From a virus (Duplodnaviria > Caudoviricetes): a stretch of 59,837 nt of DNA. Numbering within the stretch: the stretch's first letter is position 1; every line of letters begins with the position of its first letter. Positions 27,754 to 38,304 of the stretch are shown piece by piece. A program made the translations under genes and the position numbers. The notes under the pieces are model-generated. The model was given only the letters and a program-made list of their open reading frames with translations, did no database searches and was not told the DNA's origin. The stretch spans positions 1-59,837 of the IMG/VR virus record IMGVR_UViG_3300035071_000150, one strand, 5' to 3'.

Positions 27754-28072
27754 TGCGCGACCCCGGCGGACGACCGCGACGTTTCATCGGAAGAACCTGA
27801 TTGAGGTCTTGGTCGTAACGCAACGGCTCCTGGTCGACAGCATCTTCGGGTTCGTCAAGCCATGGTCCACGCTTTACGTCGCCGACGCGAACAGGGAACT
27901 TGACGCTTTCCCGCGCCGCGAATGTGATGGCTTCGCCCGTCCGCTTCTCGGGGTCTTCGATGGTCAATATGTCGGAAGACCACTCCGGCGGCAACTCGTC
28001 GCCGGGGGCCAATTCGAACAGACAAGCCGAGCCATTGCGCTTGTAGCCGAACATTTTGATGCTGAGGGTCAT
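27743..28072 (-). CDS. Hypothetical head-region protein
   Basis: Ends in a KRRGRPPGSRN AT-hook-like motif. Confidence 0.6.
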   Translation of the reverse strand: MTLSIKMFGYKRNGSACLFELAPGDELPPEWSSDILTIEDPEKRTGEAITFAARESVKFPVRVGDVKRGPWLDEPEDAVDQEPLRYDQDLNQVLPMKRRGRPPGSRNVL

Positions 28073-28082
28073 CGCGGGAACC

Positions 28083-28706
28083 TTAGTTATAGCCCCAAAT
28101 CTCGAAGAGATCGACGACGATATCCGTGGCGGTCGTCGCCGCGTTGCCCGTAACGGCGATATTGATCGCCGCGTTTTCGACGGCGGCAACGTAGGATGGC
28201 GCCGGAAGCGTGATCAGCGTCGTGCCATTATAGGCGATGTATTGCCCGGCGACTTGCGTGTTCGAATTCGGAGCGCCGTATTTGGCGATCCAGCCTTCCA
28301 GAATAAACCCGCCGCCGCTGGTCGTGAGGGTGCTCGTGGTGATCAGCGTCGTGCCGCCAGTGCCGACCGTCGACCCAACAGTGGCCGTTGCCGGATTATA
28401 GATTAGCTTGACGGTCTTGGTGTTGCCGTTGGCCGCGAAATGGCCGATGATGCGAACGCGAAGGCCCGCCGTCGCGACATTGACGAGCGGGAGCGCGTTG
28501 CCCTGCGGAGCATAGTTAAACGTGTTCGCCGGCAGAGCGTAGCTTGCGATCACATTGTCCGCGCCGGTGGCGCCGGGGGAAAGTCCAGCGCTCGACGTTC
28601 CGGTCTGGCGCGTCAGAATGGTTCCGAAGGCGCCGGCGCTGCGGCCGAGGCCATCGAAATTCGGAAGGCCTTCTTCACTTACGGAGAGAGTAGCCGTGGC
28701 TGTCAT
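28083..28706 (-). CDS. Putative head decoration/fibre protein
   Basis: 207 aa beta-rich protein downstream of the coat gene. Confidence 0.65.
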   Translation of the reverse strand: MTATATLSVSEEGLPNFDGLGRSAGAFGTILTRQTGTSSAGLSPGATGADNVIASYALPANTFNYAPQGNALPLVNVATAGLRVRIIGHFAANGNTKTVKLIYNPATATVGSTVGTGGTTLITTSTLTTSGGGFILEGWIAKYGAPNSNTQVAGQYIAYNGTTLITLPAPSYVAAVENAAINIAVTGNAATTATDIVVDLFEIWGYN

Positions 28707-28708
28707 TG

Positions 28709-29302
28709 TTACGATCCTTTGATGAGGCCGAGATTAACCAAGGCCGTGCGAAGGGCGTTGGCTTCGGCGATTTGCGTGGCCGCCGCGTTGGCGAGGCTGG
28801 TGTTGATGATGGTGAACTCTATGTGCGCGGTGCCTTCGATGAAGGTCGTGACGCTGGTCGCCGCCACCTCCAATGTCGCGCCAGCCGCACCCGTCACCGC
28901 GCCAGAGATGGCCGTCGCCGCCTGCGTCGCGCCCGTGGCGTAAGCCCCGGAAACCGAGATGACGCCGCCCGTCGCCGCCGTGCCGCTGATTTGAGCGGTG
29001 AGCGTAACGGCCTTGCCACTGGTCGTAATCGGATTGTCAGCCCGGAAGAGCACGCTAACAATCGAGAACGCGAACGGCATCGCGATCTTATAGACCTGAC
29101 TATTCGCCACGGCGGCCATCGATCCGAGAGGCAAAAGAATGGTCTGTTCGAACGCGACAGCCGCGACACCCGTGGTGGGAGCCGCGGTTCCACCGCTGTT
29201 GTCGGTGACGGCGGCTTGCGCCGCCGCCGTGGGCTGAGAGATCGGTGTCGCGCCATAGAACGCGAGCAGTTCCGTCGCTGTGTTTGGGATGAGATACGTC
29301 AC
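28709..29302 (-). CDS. Head fibre/decoration protein
   Basis: LAFYGATP..QP N-terminus and NALRTALVNLGLIKG C-terminus; GTG start after AAGGAG. Confidence 0.72.
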   Translation of the reverse strand: MTYLIPNTATELLAFYGATPISQPTAAAQAAVTDNSGGTAAPTTGVAAVAFEQTILLPLGSMAAVANSQVYKIAMPFAFSIVSVLFRADNPITTSGKAVTLTAQISGTAATGGVISVSGAYATGATQAATAISGAVTGAAGATLEVAATSVTTFIEGTAHIEFTIINTSLANAAATQIAEANALRTALVNLGLIKGS

Positions 29303-29313
29303 GCGCGCTCTCC

Positions 29314-30567
29314 TTACGTGCCAGAGAGGCGAACGGCTTGGCGGGGGTCGATGGTCTGGAGGCCATAGAGCACGTCGAAACGCCAAATGTTATTGTCGTT
29401 CTTGCCATCCCAGAACGAGCACAGCCGAACGTTGATGCCCTTGTGCGACATGCGCGAGACCGTCGCATTGCCGCCCTGCGGACGTTCCAACGGAACCATG
29501 ACCATCGCGAATGCGTTCTTGTTGAACACGACGTTGTTGATGTAGGACGTGCTCGCCGTGCCTACCCAAGTCACTACGGCGTTGGTCGCCGGGCCAGCGC
29601 TGGCGTTCTGCCACGCGCTATTGGTGATGACCGGAGGCGATGCGGTGACGACTAGAGCGCCGCCGCTGTCCGCCGTGAACACTTGGCCAGGGTTGCCCGC
29701 GACGACGAACTGCTTGAGATAGGGCAGCGCGACCTTGTTTCTCGGGTTAACATCATAGACGCCGGCCAGCGTGAACACCTCGCCCGCGTTGACCGTTCCG
29801 CCGTTGCCGAGGCCGGTCATCGTGAAACTCTGCTGATTGGTGTCCTTGGTCGCGGCCCAAGTCTGCGTCAGCGTGCCGCCGTTGAGCGTCCCGTTGGTGC
29901 GCGTTCCGCAGGTCTGGGTATAATAGTTCTGCGTCTTGAACAGCTCAACGCCGTCGATCGGAGGAAGCTTGCCATTCTGGTAAACGTCCTTGACGAGATC
30001 GGTCGCGAAGATCGAGGTCGGACCAGTCAGGTTGGCCTGCAAGCCGCGCGCGTCGGCCGGCGAGACAATGCCGGTGCGCGGCGAAGTGCCGATCGACGTA
30101 TCGTCGAGACGCTGCGTCGCGGCGGCGAACGAATTGAAGTTCGACAGGACGTTGCCCGGAGTGCCGACCCAATTGGGGATATTGCCGACGAGCTGCGACA
30201 CATCCTGATCGACGCCTTGGGCAATGGTGATCATCGCCGGCTCGATAAATCGCTCCGAGAACTCGGTGATATCGAGCGTCATGTCCTTCGATGTGAAGTT
30301 CATGTCGGCGCCGCCCTGCATATTGACGTTGATCTGCACCGAGCCTTCCTGAACGTCCTGCACCGAGGCGACCGGGCCACGACGGTAGGTGAATTCAGTC
30401 GGGCGCCGAACGGTGATAACCGAGCCGGGGCGATAGCCATTGAGGTTCTTGGAGTATTCCTCCTCGTATCCCCTGTAGACTTGGTTCGCGAACACGAGAT
30501 TGTTTTCGAGAACCTCGACCGCGCGCTTGGCGATCAAACCGTAAGTTAAGACATTCTGCTGTACCAT
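29314..30567 (-). CDS. Major capsid protein (P22 gp5 family)
   Basis: LENNLVF..V.R...G..ITVRRP; GEVFTLAGV..VNP; RFDVLYG. Confidence 0.92.
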   Translation of the reverse strand: MVQQNVLTYGLIAKRAVEVLENNLVFANQVYRGYEEEYSKNLNGYRPGSVITVRRPTEFTYRRGPVASVQDVQEGSVQINVNMQGGADMNFTSKDMTLDITEFSERFIEPAMITIAQGVDQDVSQLVGNIPNWVGTPGNVLSNFNSFAAATQRLDDTSIGTSPRTGIVSPADARGLQANLTGPTSIFATDLVKDVYQNGKLPPIDGVELFKTQNYYTQTCGTRTNGTLNGGTLTQTWAATKDTNQQSFTMTGLGNGGTVNAGEVFTLAGVYDVNPRNKVALPYLKQFVVAGNPGQVFTADSGGALVVTASPPVITNSAWQNASAGPATNAVVTWVGTASTSYINNVVFNKNAFAMVMVPLERPQGGNATVSRMSHKGINVRLCSFWDGKNDNNIWRFDVLYGLQTIDPRQAVRLSGT

Positions 30568-30589
30568 TGGATTTAAGCCCTATGATTTG

Positions 30590-31588
30590 TCACTCACGCG
30601 CGGCTTTTCTCGCGGCAAACCATTTCTTGAACTCGCCCGGAGATAGTTTTTCAACCTGATCGGCGGTGAGGTCTTTTTTCTCCATCGCTGGAGCGGGGTT
30701 TGTCACAGGCGCTACGGGCGCGGGTGCTTTGCTGATCTTCTTTGGCTCGGGTTTCGACAGACGAGATTCCAGCCTGCCAATCTCGGCGTGCTGCCGATGG
30801 ATGGGCATGTCGTTGAGTTCGTGAACCTTGTCGGGATGCTTGGCGAGGTAGTAGGCTAGCTGCGGCCCCTTATCGCTTTCCAAGATCAGAGTTATCGTGC
30901 TCGGATGGCTTGGCGACACGCTCGCGGACTGCGTGACCTTATCGAAGTCCTTGACGAACTTTCGAACATCGTTCGCGCGGTCCTTGAACGTCTCGACGAT
31001 AGTGTTGTTTCGCAATTCCGTTTCGACCTTGGCGCGCTCCGCGTTCTTTTTAAGTTCGCGGGAGACCATCATCTTCATGGTCTCGTAAGCCGTCTCGGCC
31101 TTGGAGAATTGCAAATAATCGGGGTAATCAGCTTCTTTTGGCGCGGGGCCGATCTCGCGCTCAACCGCGTCGGCGAGCGCCTTGGATTCCTCGACCTTCG
31201 GAACGGCTTGACGTAGACGCTCAATCTCAGCCTGCGCTTCCGCCAGCTTCGCCTTGAGACGCGCGCTTCCCGAGAGCTTGCCGGGTTTTTCCGGCTCGCC
31301 TCGTAGCGCCGCTAGTTCCGTTTCCTCGTCGTCATGATCTTCCTCGCCGTCTTCTACCTCGGGTTCGTCATCCTTCTCAGGCTCCGCCTCTTGCGTGGCG
31401 GGAACCTCCTTGCTTGGTTCATCGTCGTGCGACCCGATGTCTCTGCCGTCATCCGGGGATGAATCGAGAAGGCTATCTTCCGTGCCGGCATCAAGATCGA
31501 TGATGCCGTCATGATCATTGTTGGCTTCATGGGTTGATGGCGTCGCCAGCGTAGGAGCCTGCTCGACCACCAATGCATTATTGGCCAT
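30590..31588 (-). CDS. Scaffolding protein
   Basis: Acidic N-terminus; ESDKGPQLAYYLAKHP...EIGRLE; lies between portal and coat. Confidence 0.82.
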   Translation of the reverse strand: MANNALVVEQAPTLATPSTHEANNDHDGIIDLDAGTEDSLLDSSPDDGRDIGSHDDEPSKEVPATQEAEPEKDDEPEVEDGEEDHDDEETELAALRGEPEKPGKLSGSARLKAKLAEAQAEIERLRQAVPKVEESKALADAVEREIGPAPKEADYPDYLQFSKAETAYETMKMMVSRELKKNAERAKVETELRNNTIVETFKDRANDVRKFVKDFDKVTQSASVSPSHPSTITLILESDKGPQLAYYLAKHPDKVHELNDMPIHRQHAEIGRLESRLSKPEPKKISKAPAPVAPVTNPAPAMEKKDLTADQVEKLSPGEFKKWFAARKAARE

Positions 31589-31681
31589 TAGTCACACCTT
31601 CTCTATGCCAGCGTCGCCGCCAGCTCGTTTCGCTTCCCGCGATTTGCGGAGGGGTATCCGGCGCGTTAACGCCAAATTTCG

Positions 31682-33985
31682 TTATTGAGCCTCGGACGGC
31701 GCGGCCTCTTGCGGCGCACCCTGTTCTGGCGGCTCTGAAGGGGGCGCTGGGTTGGTTTGCGCTTGTCCTAGCCCCTGTGATGGCTGCGATGCTGCTTGCT
31801 GCGCCTGCGGGGCCTCCGCCGCGATTTGAGCCGCGACGTGCGCGCCAAGGAACCGCAGCATCTCGTCGGTCTTGTTCACGAAGTCATGTAGCTTGGCTTG
31901 GTCGATCGGAGGGCCGTTCTGGCCCATCGTCGATTGCAGCGCGACAAGTTCCATTTCAGCCTTCATGTTCAAAAGGCTTTGGTGAACAAGCTCCATTTCC
32001 TTCTTCTTGACATCAAGGCCGGAAATTTCGCTTTGCGCCTGCGACTTGGTGACATCGGCTTGCGACCGCGCCATCTCCCCATGTGACTTGGCGACCAAGG
32101 CTTGCGCTTCGGCCATTTTCACCGGATCAGGGGGAGGAGGAGCCGGCGGCGGCTTATTGTCCTGCTTGGCGATTTGCGCTTGTATCGCCGGGGGCAATAA
32201 TGTTTGCAACCGCTCGGCGACATCATCCTTTTCCGGCCAGTCCTGCGCCTTGGCGATCTTGTCGGCGATCAGTGGCGCGGCTTGGGGGAACGCCTTGATG
32301 AAATCAGTCATGCCATTGCGGGCTTCTTCCCGCTGCGTCTGATAGCTCGGCCCCATTTCCATCTGAATATCGTAAATGCCGACTGTGATATCGTTTTCCA
32401 TCGCGACGGGAGCACCGTCGATCTGAATCCCGTCCTTCGGCTGATTGATCGCGACTTGGCGCGATTTCCCATCTGGCCCCAGAATATGGATCGTGCGCGC
32501 CGTGTCATAGAAATAGGGGATTAGATCATTGATGACGCGGGCGGTTTGCGTGATCGACAGCGCGAAATTCGCCATGTAAACGAATGTTCCGGTGTCTCCC
32601 TGCTGTTCGCGTGAATTGATCGCGACGCCGCTGGTCTCGTTCGATTGCGCGCCGAGCGACGCATTGTAAATTCCGACAACCGCCTGCATGTCAGCCGCGG
32701 CGTCGGCGATGCACTCGGTTAGGCCCGGCGAAGTCGTCGGCGGGGCCTGCCGTTGCGGCGCGGCGCTGCCATTCTTTGGATCAGGCGTGTAACGCAGATA
32801 CGGCCAGTTCTTGACGTTGGCGGTGTCCCATTCCTCGGAATAGTCCTTGAAATTTTCCTCGGTTCCGACGAATGGTGATTTTGGTTGCAACCCGACGAAT
32901 TCGGTTTGCGTCGACCGAGCGTAGTTGTAGGCCCGCTGCGGATCGGCGGCGAAGCGCACGATCCCATGTCGCTCCCGGCGCGAACCGACCTTGATTTCCT
33001 CGCCAATAATCGGAATGACCGGGATGTAGCGGCCGGACCATTTTTTCGGCGCCGTCAAGAACTCGACGCAATTCATCATCCGATGCCAGATCTCGAAGCC
33101 GTCCACCTCGAATTCTTCGCCGCCGATCGGCGGGGTCGCTTGGTCGTCGGCGGTCGGTTCGGTGATGTTCTGAATGGTGCCATCCGGCATCCGCATCATC
33201 TTGATTTTTGTCTTGATCTTATACCAATATCGGGCGACGCGAATTCTGTCGTCGTCATACCAATTATCAATCTGGTAGCCGCTTTCCGTTCCGATGTCGT
33301 CGATGGCGTGGTCGGGATAGGTATCCTTATACGCCTCGCGCGTCATATCGACCGGAACGAAGCAAAACACCGCGTCGCTGCGATCTTTCTTCCTGGCGTC
33401 AGGGTCCCAAATCACCGCGACTTGATCGTCCAGCGTGCGGAGGATTAAATCCTGCTCGCCGACGAGATTATATTCCCCAGCGACCTCCCAATGACCTATG
33501 CCGCTGGCGACCTGGCTATCCGCGCCATCGACATAGACATCGAGCGCGGCGTCGCTGGCATTCTCGATATGCCGAATTAGCCCCTCGCGGATTTCCGCGA
33601 TCGCCTCGTCGGCGCCGGCGTGCGTCGGAACCACCTTGATCGCCGGCCGCATCTTGCGCATGTTGCCAGTGACCTGGCGGACGAACTGGCCCATGCGGTT
33701 GAAGGTGAGAACCGGGCGGCCATCGTCGATGCGCTGGGTTGCTAAGGTGGAATCCCATTGAACCCCGGCGAGGAAGTTTAGGTCTTCATATGCGTGCTCG
33801 ATATTGTATCGGTCTTTAGTCCAACCCCGATGGTAACGCGCCAACGCCTGGACGTGATCAACCTCGATCCGCGCGACATGCGGGTTCTGGGTCGTCAGCG
33901 CGCCCTGCTTGGCGTCGGACGTGACTATGCGCTCGCTCGCCTCGTCACTTTCGGGGCGGTCGATGTCGCCGTCAAGATCAGCCAT
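31682..33985 (-). CDS. Portal protein (P22 family)
   Basis: F..G.QW...RPVLTFN; YIPVIP..G; SNETSGVAI..R..QG; GPSY.TQR.E. Confidence 0.93.
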   Translation of the reverse strand: MADLDGDIDRPESDEASERIVTSDAKQGALTTQNPHVARIEVDHVQALARYHRGWTKDRYNIEHAYEDLNFLAGVQWDSTLATQRIDDGRPVLTFNRMGQFVRQVTGNMRKMRPAIKVVPTHAGADEAIAEIREGLIRHIENASDAALDVYVDGADSQVASGIGHWEVAGEYNLVGEQDLILRTLDDQVAVIWDPDARKKDRSDAVFCFVPVDMTREAYKDTYPDHAIDDIGTESGYQIDNWYDDDRIRVARYWYKIKTKIKMMRMPDGTIQNITEPTADDQATPPIGGEEFEVDGFEIWHRMMNCVEFLTAPKKWSGRYIPVIPIIGEEIKVGSRRERHGIVRFAADPQRAYNYARSTQTEFVGLQPKSPFVGTEENFKDYSEEWDTANVKNWPYLRYTPDPKNGSAAPQRQAPPTTSPGLTECIADAAADMQAVVGIYNASLGAQSNETSGVAINSREQQGDTGTFVYMANFALSITQTARVINDLIPYFYDTARTIHILGPDGKSRQVAINQPKDGIQIDGAPVAMENDITVGIYDIQMEMGPSYQTQREEARNGMTDFIKAFPQAAPLIADKIAKAQDWPEKDDVAERLQTLLPPAIQAQIAKQDNKPPPAPPPPDPVKMAEAQALVAKSHGEMARSQADVTKSQAQSEISGLDVKKKEMELVHQSLLNMKAEMELVALQSTMGQNGPPIDQAKLHDFVNKTDEMLRFLGAHVAAQIAAEAPQAQQAASQPSQGLGQAQTNPAPPSEPPEQGAPQEAAPSEAQ

Positions 33986-34196
33986 TCGTGGGCGTTACCT
34001 TTGTCTCGTCAAGCTGATTTTCTGGCCACTTGGATAGCTCAAGTGGGCGAATTGGAATATGAGGCAAAGCCGTTTCGGTGACTTTGAACCCGCGTCTGCG
34101 ACAGGCTTCCGCCGCGCGCTGCCCTACGTCATCGTCCGGCAATTCCATCTGGGCTTCGATGCCATGCGTGAAGGCGTCAACTTGCACGTATGGCAT
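33978..34196 (-). CDS. Hypothetical protein
   Basis: 72 aa between terminase and portal. Confidence 0.55.
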   Translation of the reverse strand: MPYVQVDAFTHGIEAQMELPDDDVGQRAAEACRRRGFKVTETALPHIPIRPLELSKWPENQLDETKVTPTNG

Positions 34197-34199
34197 TCG

Positions 34200-35504
34200 C
34201 TACCCCATGAAACTGTATCGAGATCCACCGCCAACCGCGCTAGACCTCACGCGCGGCTTGCCGGTCTTCGGCTCTTCGTATGCGACGCACATAAGCCCAA
34301 AGGCGTCGGCCGCATGGCTTGACCAGTCGTGATCTGGTCCAAGGTCAGCGCCACGATGCTCGTCTATCTTGGCATGGTAGGAACCTAGAGCATCCATGCC
34401 GTCGCGCGTCGTCGCCTCGTTTATCCAGATAGACGGGAACAACCGCCGCGTCGCCTCGACACGAGCCATCGCCGCGCCCGTCCCTTGGTTCTTTATTGAG
34501 GTGGCCTCGAACCCGGCTTGAATAAGCCCGCTCTCATAACTGACGTGGTAAACCCTATCGTTCGTCACGCCGTCATGCGGGAGAATACAAAACGCATCGC
34601 CATAGCCGTTTTGCCGCAACCAAGCCACATGTGCAGCGAGCGGCTGGCCCTGCGCCTCGTAATAATCCAATATCCTGATTTCACGGCCAACGAATTGGCA
34701 AATCCATATCGCGCAAGCGTCCGACTTCGCGCCAGTCCCGCCGATGTCCCAAACCGCCCGGATCGTCATGAGCGGGTCGCGCGCCACGCGGCCCAAGCGT
34801 CCCTCGCCCTTCATCGTGGCGATTTGTTGGGCGTAATAGGCGCCGGTCATGACCGTCGCGTAGCCGCCTTCCCATATGTGATCGTATTGGTCTGGGGCGG
34901 TGCGCAAGCAATCGAGGCGTTCTGCCTCCAGAACCTTCGGGAACCAAGGATTATCCCGCCAGTTCGATTTAACGACGACCGCGCCGGTAGGCAGGCTGTC
35001 GCCGCGAAACATAGCGTCTACAGGGTCTTTCTTTCGGCGCGGGTTCCAACTAAACCAAAGTTGAGAACCATCGGCGCGGATCGTGGGGCGAAGAATTTGC
35101 AGCGACCTCGCCGAGCAAGACTGGCCTTCCTCGAACCAAGCCCGCTTCGCCCCCTCAAGTGACTTAGCACTTTCCGCTGTATGATCCTGCATCCCTTGAA
35201 AGACGATAGCGCCGTCGCCCGGTGTCTTTATGCGATCTTCGTAAACCTTGAACCCGTCAGCCTCGCCAAGCCCAAAATCAACGAGCTTCGCTTCGATCAA
35301 CCGTTTGGCCGAATCCTTTAGGCTCTTTTGAACCTCGCGGAGACAGACCGAAAACAGCCCTTTCTCGGCTAGGCTATCCTCGATAAGAAGACCGGCGAAG
35401 AAATGGCTCTTGGCTCCCCCGCGTCCGCCAAAGCTGGCCTTGTATCTCGCCGGCTCCAGCAGAGGCGCGAAGACCTCCGCCGTGGGGATTTCAAGAGAGC
35501 GCAA
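34200..35504 (-). CDS. terL: Terminase large subunit (PBSX/P22-like)
   Basis: GGRGGAKS Walker A, REVQKS, KSLEG..AWFEE, RNase H-like WDIG and H.ADAF. Confidence 0.95.
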   Translation of the reverse strand: MRSLEIPTAEVFAPLLEPARYKASFGGRGGAKSHFFAGLLIEDSLAEKGLFSVCLREVQKSLKDSAKRLIEAKLVDFGLGEADGFKVYEDRIKTPGDGAIVFQGMQDHTAESAKSLEGAKRAWFEEGQSCSARSLQILRPTIRADGSQLWFSWNPRRKKDPVDAMFRGDSLPTGAVVVKSNWRDNPWFPKVLEAERLDCLRTAPDQYDHIWEGGYATVMTGAYYAQQIATMKGEGRLGRVARDPLMTIRAVWDIGGTGAKSDACAIWICQFVGREIRILDYYEAQGQPLAAHVAWLRQNGYGDAFCILPHDGVTNDRVYHVSYESGLIQAGFEATSIKNQGTGAAMARVEATRRLFPSIWINEATTRDGMDALGSYHAKIDEHRGADLGPDHDWSSHAADAFGLMCVAYEEPKTGKPRVRSSAVGGGSRYSFMG

Positions 35505-36907
35505 TCAGTTGACAGTCCCGCTCGCGGCTTCGTCGATCATGGCTCGCCAATTATTCGCGCCCCAATCGTAAATGTCGTATTGAACCTTGTCGAGCATCGC
35601 GACGGTCGGCTCACGCATCTCGGCCAACACCAAATCAGCGGCACTCGTCGCCCTTTCCCAGCTATTCGGCGTGTCATCCTTCGAGACATAGCCGTCGTAA
35701 TAATCACCGATGACCTTGGCGATGCGGTCGCGCATATCGCTCACGCCGCGACATCCTTGAACTTGGCGAACTCCGGCGCATACCACTCGCCGCTCTGCGC
35801 CCAACGCTCCCAAATCGTCTCGCCGTGATGCACGACCCTCGCCGGCAATCTCGCCGATCGGATCGCCTCGCGCTTCGCCGCCTCGAACGAAGTCTCATTC
35901 GCCACGACGCGCCAGTCGCGGTTCATCATGGCTTGGGCGGTGAATGGATAGTCTTCGATCATGGCTTATCCTCAGGCGCATCTTCTAGGTCTCGCCCACC
36001 TAACTGATCTCTAGCCACAAACTTTGAACACCAATCAGATTCACGAAATGTAATTGGCCACGCAACATATAAGCCAACGTCTCCGATCGCGCTTAGACCG
36101 CTACTGCTAATATCTTTCGATGGGATCGGCGACGGCGCATGGTAGCGACAAATTCCTTCGTCCTGGTAACCATCTGCGCTTTTACCTTCAGTGAGTTCCC
36201 AGAAGGTGCACACCCCACACTCCCCCCGCTCGCGCCGGCGCCGTTTATTACTCATCACTCACCATCCGCCTCGGTCGCCATCGTCTTCTCGAAATCATAA
36301 GCCAGCGCCGCCATGCCGGCGTAAACCGTCCAAAGCGGGACGCCCGCTTGAACGATATGCCCGTCGCGCACGCGATAAGGAGCGCCTGCCACGAACTTCG
36401 CATCCGGCGGCACGTTTGGATTTTCCGCCTCGCACATCTTCCGCGCCAGCTTTTCAATGTCGCTGTTGCGCGCTAGAGTTCGCGGGTCAATCTCTGCCGC
36501 CAGCGCTTCGCTGGCAGCGCTCTTATCGGGACGCGGCGGAACGAATTGCGTTAGCTTCTTGTCTGGGCGCCCCTTCGCCAAGGCTCTGGCGTTGCGCGGA
36601 ACCCATTTCCAGCCCTTGGCGGAAATTGACCGATCGCAGGCTTCAGCCACGAAACACGCTTGATCCTCGTCCCAATGCGGACCTTGGGGGATATCGGGCT
36701 TGCTCGGCTCGATACGAACATCCATCACTTGGCCTCACACTTCTTCTTCGGGCCAACAAATTCGCGCTCGCAAGTGGAGCAATAAAAATAATCCCCTGCG
36801 GTAACAGGATGGCAATAGAACTTGGCTCGTTTCTCTTTGACTAGAAAGAGAGTGAAGCAATAGCAATGCGGACATTGTTCTCCGCCAATAGGAGTAGTGC
36901 TCATCAC
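35505..36907 (-). CDS. Five small hypothetical ORFs between terS and terL (35505-35744, 35741-35962, 35959-36258, 36255-36728, 36725-36907)
   Basis: Mostly coupled by 4-nt overlaps; two carry CxxC motifs. Confidence 0.6.
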
Positions 36908-36944
36908 TTACCCTCGCGCTGGCGGCGAAACCATGTCCGCCGGC

Positions 36945-37280
36945 TCACGCCGCGATCCTATATTTCACACGCCGCCGAGTTGGCTCAACATCTCGATTGA
37001 CCAAGTTTGGCAAAAACGCGATCAAAGTCTCCTCCGTGCGGCGAGCCTGCTTGAGCGTATAGAACAGCCCTATTGAGACCATGTTTGGCCTTCGGCCAGA
37101 CGCCACCATCCATTGATAAACGGCGCTGTCCTGCATCGAGAAGTGCGCTTGGCGCCTTGTATGGAAATCCCTAGTCAGACCTACATAGATCGGCGCATCC
37201 GTCGCCGGATCGACCATCAGATAGACGTGCCACTTGGGCTGCCATCTTTCTTCTTCTTTTTCGGGTTCCGCTTGCGCCAT
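36945..37280 (-). CDS. GIY-YIG domain protein
   Basis: VYLMVDP....IYVGLT....R..H...E..LI...LVN; start uncertain. Confidence 0.65.
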   Translation of the reverse strand: MAQAEPEKEEERWQPKWHVYLMVDPATDAPIYVGLTRDFHTRRQAHFSMQDSAVYQWMVASGRRPNMVSIGLFYTLKQARRTEETLIAFLPNLVNRDVEPTRRRVKYRIAA

Positions 37281-37477
37281 TCCCGCATGTAGCCCTTCAT
37301 GTATTCCTTCATGTAGGCTTTGTGAGCGGCGTTCCGGTCGTATTTCGGTTTCTTCTTCTCGATATCCACACTCTTGGCATGATCTTGAGGAGGCGTCGGC
37401 GACTGCGGCTCCGCACTCGGAGCAGGCGAAACGAGTTTGCATGATTTACCCTTTTTGGGGGCGAATTTGATAACCAT
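37217..37477 (-). CDS. Small basic DNA-binding-like protein
   Basis: DRNAAHKAYMKEYMKGYMREWRKR repeat; promoter-like element upstream. Confidence 0.6.
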   Translation of the reverse strand: MVIKFAPKKGKSCKLVSPAPSAEPQSPTPPQDHAKSVDIEKKKPKYDRNAAHKAYMKEYMKGYMREWRKRNPKKKKKDGSPSGTSI

Positions 37478-37491
37478 GCCGTCTCTTATCA

Positions 37492-37528
37492 GTTAAGGCC
37501 CTTAACGTCAAACCTAAAGCCCTTAACG
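37492..37528 (-). promoter_or_regulatory. Promoter/operator for the 37477 moron
   Basis: Near-palindrome GTTAAGGCCCTTAAC (37492-37506); GCCCTTAACG repeated (37498, 37519); minus-strand TTGACG at 37506-37511. Confidence 0.45.
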
Positions 37529-37538
37529 CCGCCCGCTA

Positions 37539-38036
37539 TCAACCCTTCTCTTCGCCCTTCTCCGCCCGCACGATCACCCGCCGTATTTCCTGAATGATCG
37601 CGCCGCCGTCCTTGCCGGCAAGCTCATGGTCGATCTTGTCGCGCCATTCGGCCTTGCGGCGGTTTTTCAGCCAAAAAATCATCGCGCTTGTGTCTGGCGG
37701 GACATGTTCGCGGAAAGGCGCATAGACGGGCTCTTGCGCGCCCGAAGGCATGAAAATCTTAACTGAATCGAATGTATAGCCGTTTGCCCGATGGAACAGG
37801 CTTCGCTCAACTCTGTCGTCCGCTGGCTCTTTCCCGATCTTTATGGCCTGACAAAACTCAGGGTAGGAGACTGACCACCGAGCTATTGTTCTAACTGAAA
37901 CATCAAAGAAATCAGCGAGATCGTCGTCTGTCGCGCCCAACAAACATAGCTTTTTGGCTTGCTGAGGGTATTCCGGCTTGTAAGAGGCGCGGCGGCCAAC
38001 TTTTTGCTTCTCGTCAGGGGGTTTTTTCTTTGTCAT
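37539..38036 (-). CDS. terS: Terminase small subunit
   Basis: GR...Y.PEY...LGATD..LADFF.VS HTH; PPDTSAMIFWLKNR..EWRDK. Confidence 0.88.
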   Translation of the reverse strand: MTKKKPPDEKQKVGRRASYKPEYPQQAKKLCLLGATDDDLADFFDVSVRTIARWSVSYPEFCQAIKIGKEPADDRVERSLFHRANGYTFDSVKIFMPSGAQEPVYAPFREHVPPDTSAMIFWLKNRRKAEWRDKIDHELAGKDGGAIIQEIRRVIVRAEKGEEKG

Positions 38037-38284
38037 TCATCAATCGTTGAAAATTGGCGACGTTGGCACTCGATGCTCATTCTGGTTTCCGCTCTCACTC
38101 CGCGCTCGGCTTCCAATTGCTGGACGCGCCGGCGCAAATCGGAGATGGCCTCGTCCTGGCTCAACTGCCCCTTGCATATCTCGGCGAGGGCGGTGGAAAG
38201 ATCGGTGATTTGGCGGGACATTGTATCGATGCGTCCCGTTCCACGCTCTAGGACCTTGAGGCGGTGTTGCGTGCCTTCGGTCAT
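38033..38284 (-). CDS. Coiled-coil hypothetical protein
   Basis: GAGG RBS; first ORF after the late leader. Confidence 0.5.
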   Translation of the reverse strand: MTEGTQHRLKVLERGTGRIDTMSRQITDLSTALAEICKGQLSQDEAISDLRRRVQQLEAERGVRAETRMSIECQRRQFSTIDE

Positions 38285-38304
38285 GTCGCCTCGCGGGGAA
38301 TTGG

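Noticed and set aside
37492-37506. CtrA binding site
   Set aside because: The TTAA half-sites are 5 nt apart, not 7.
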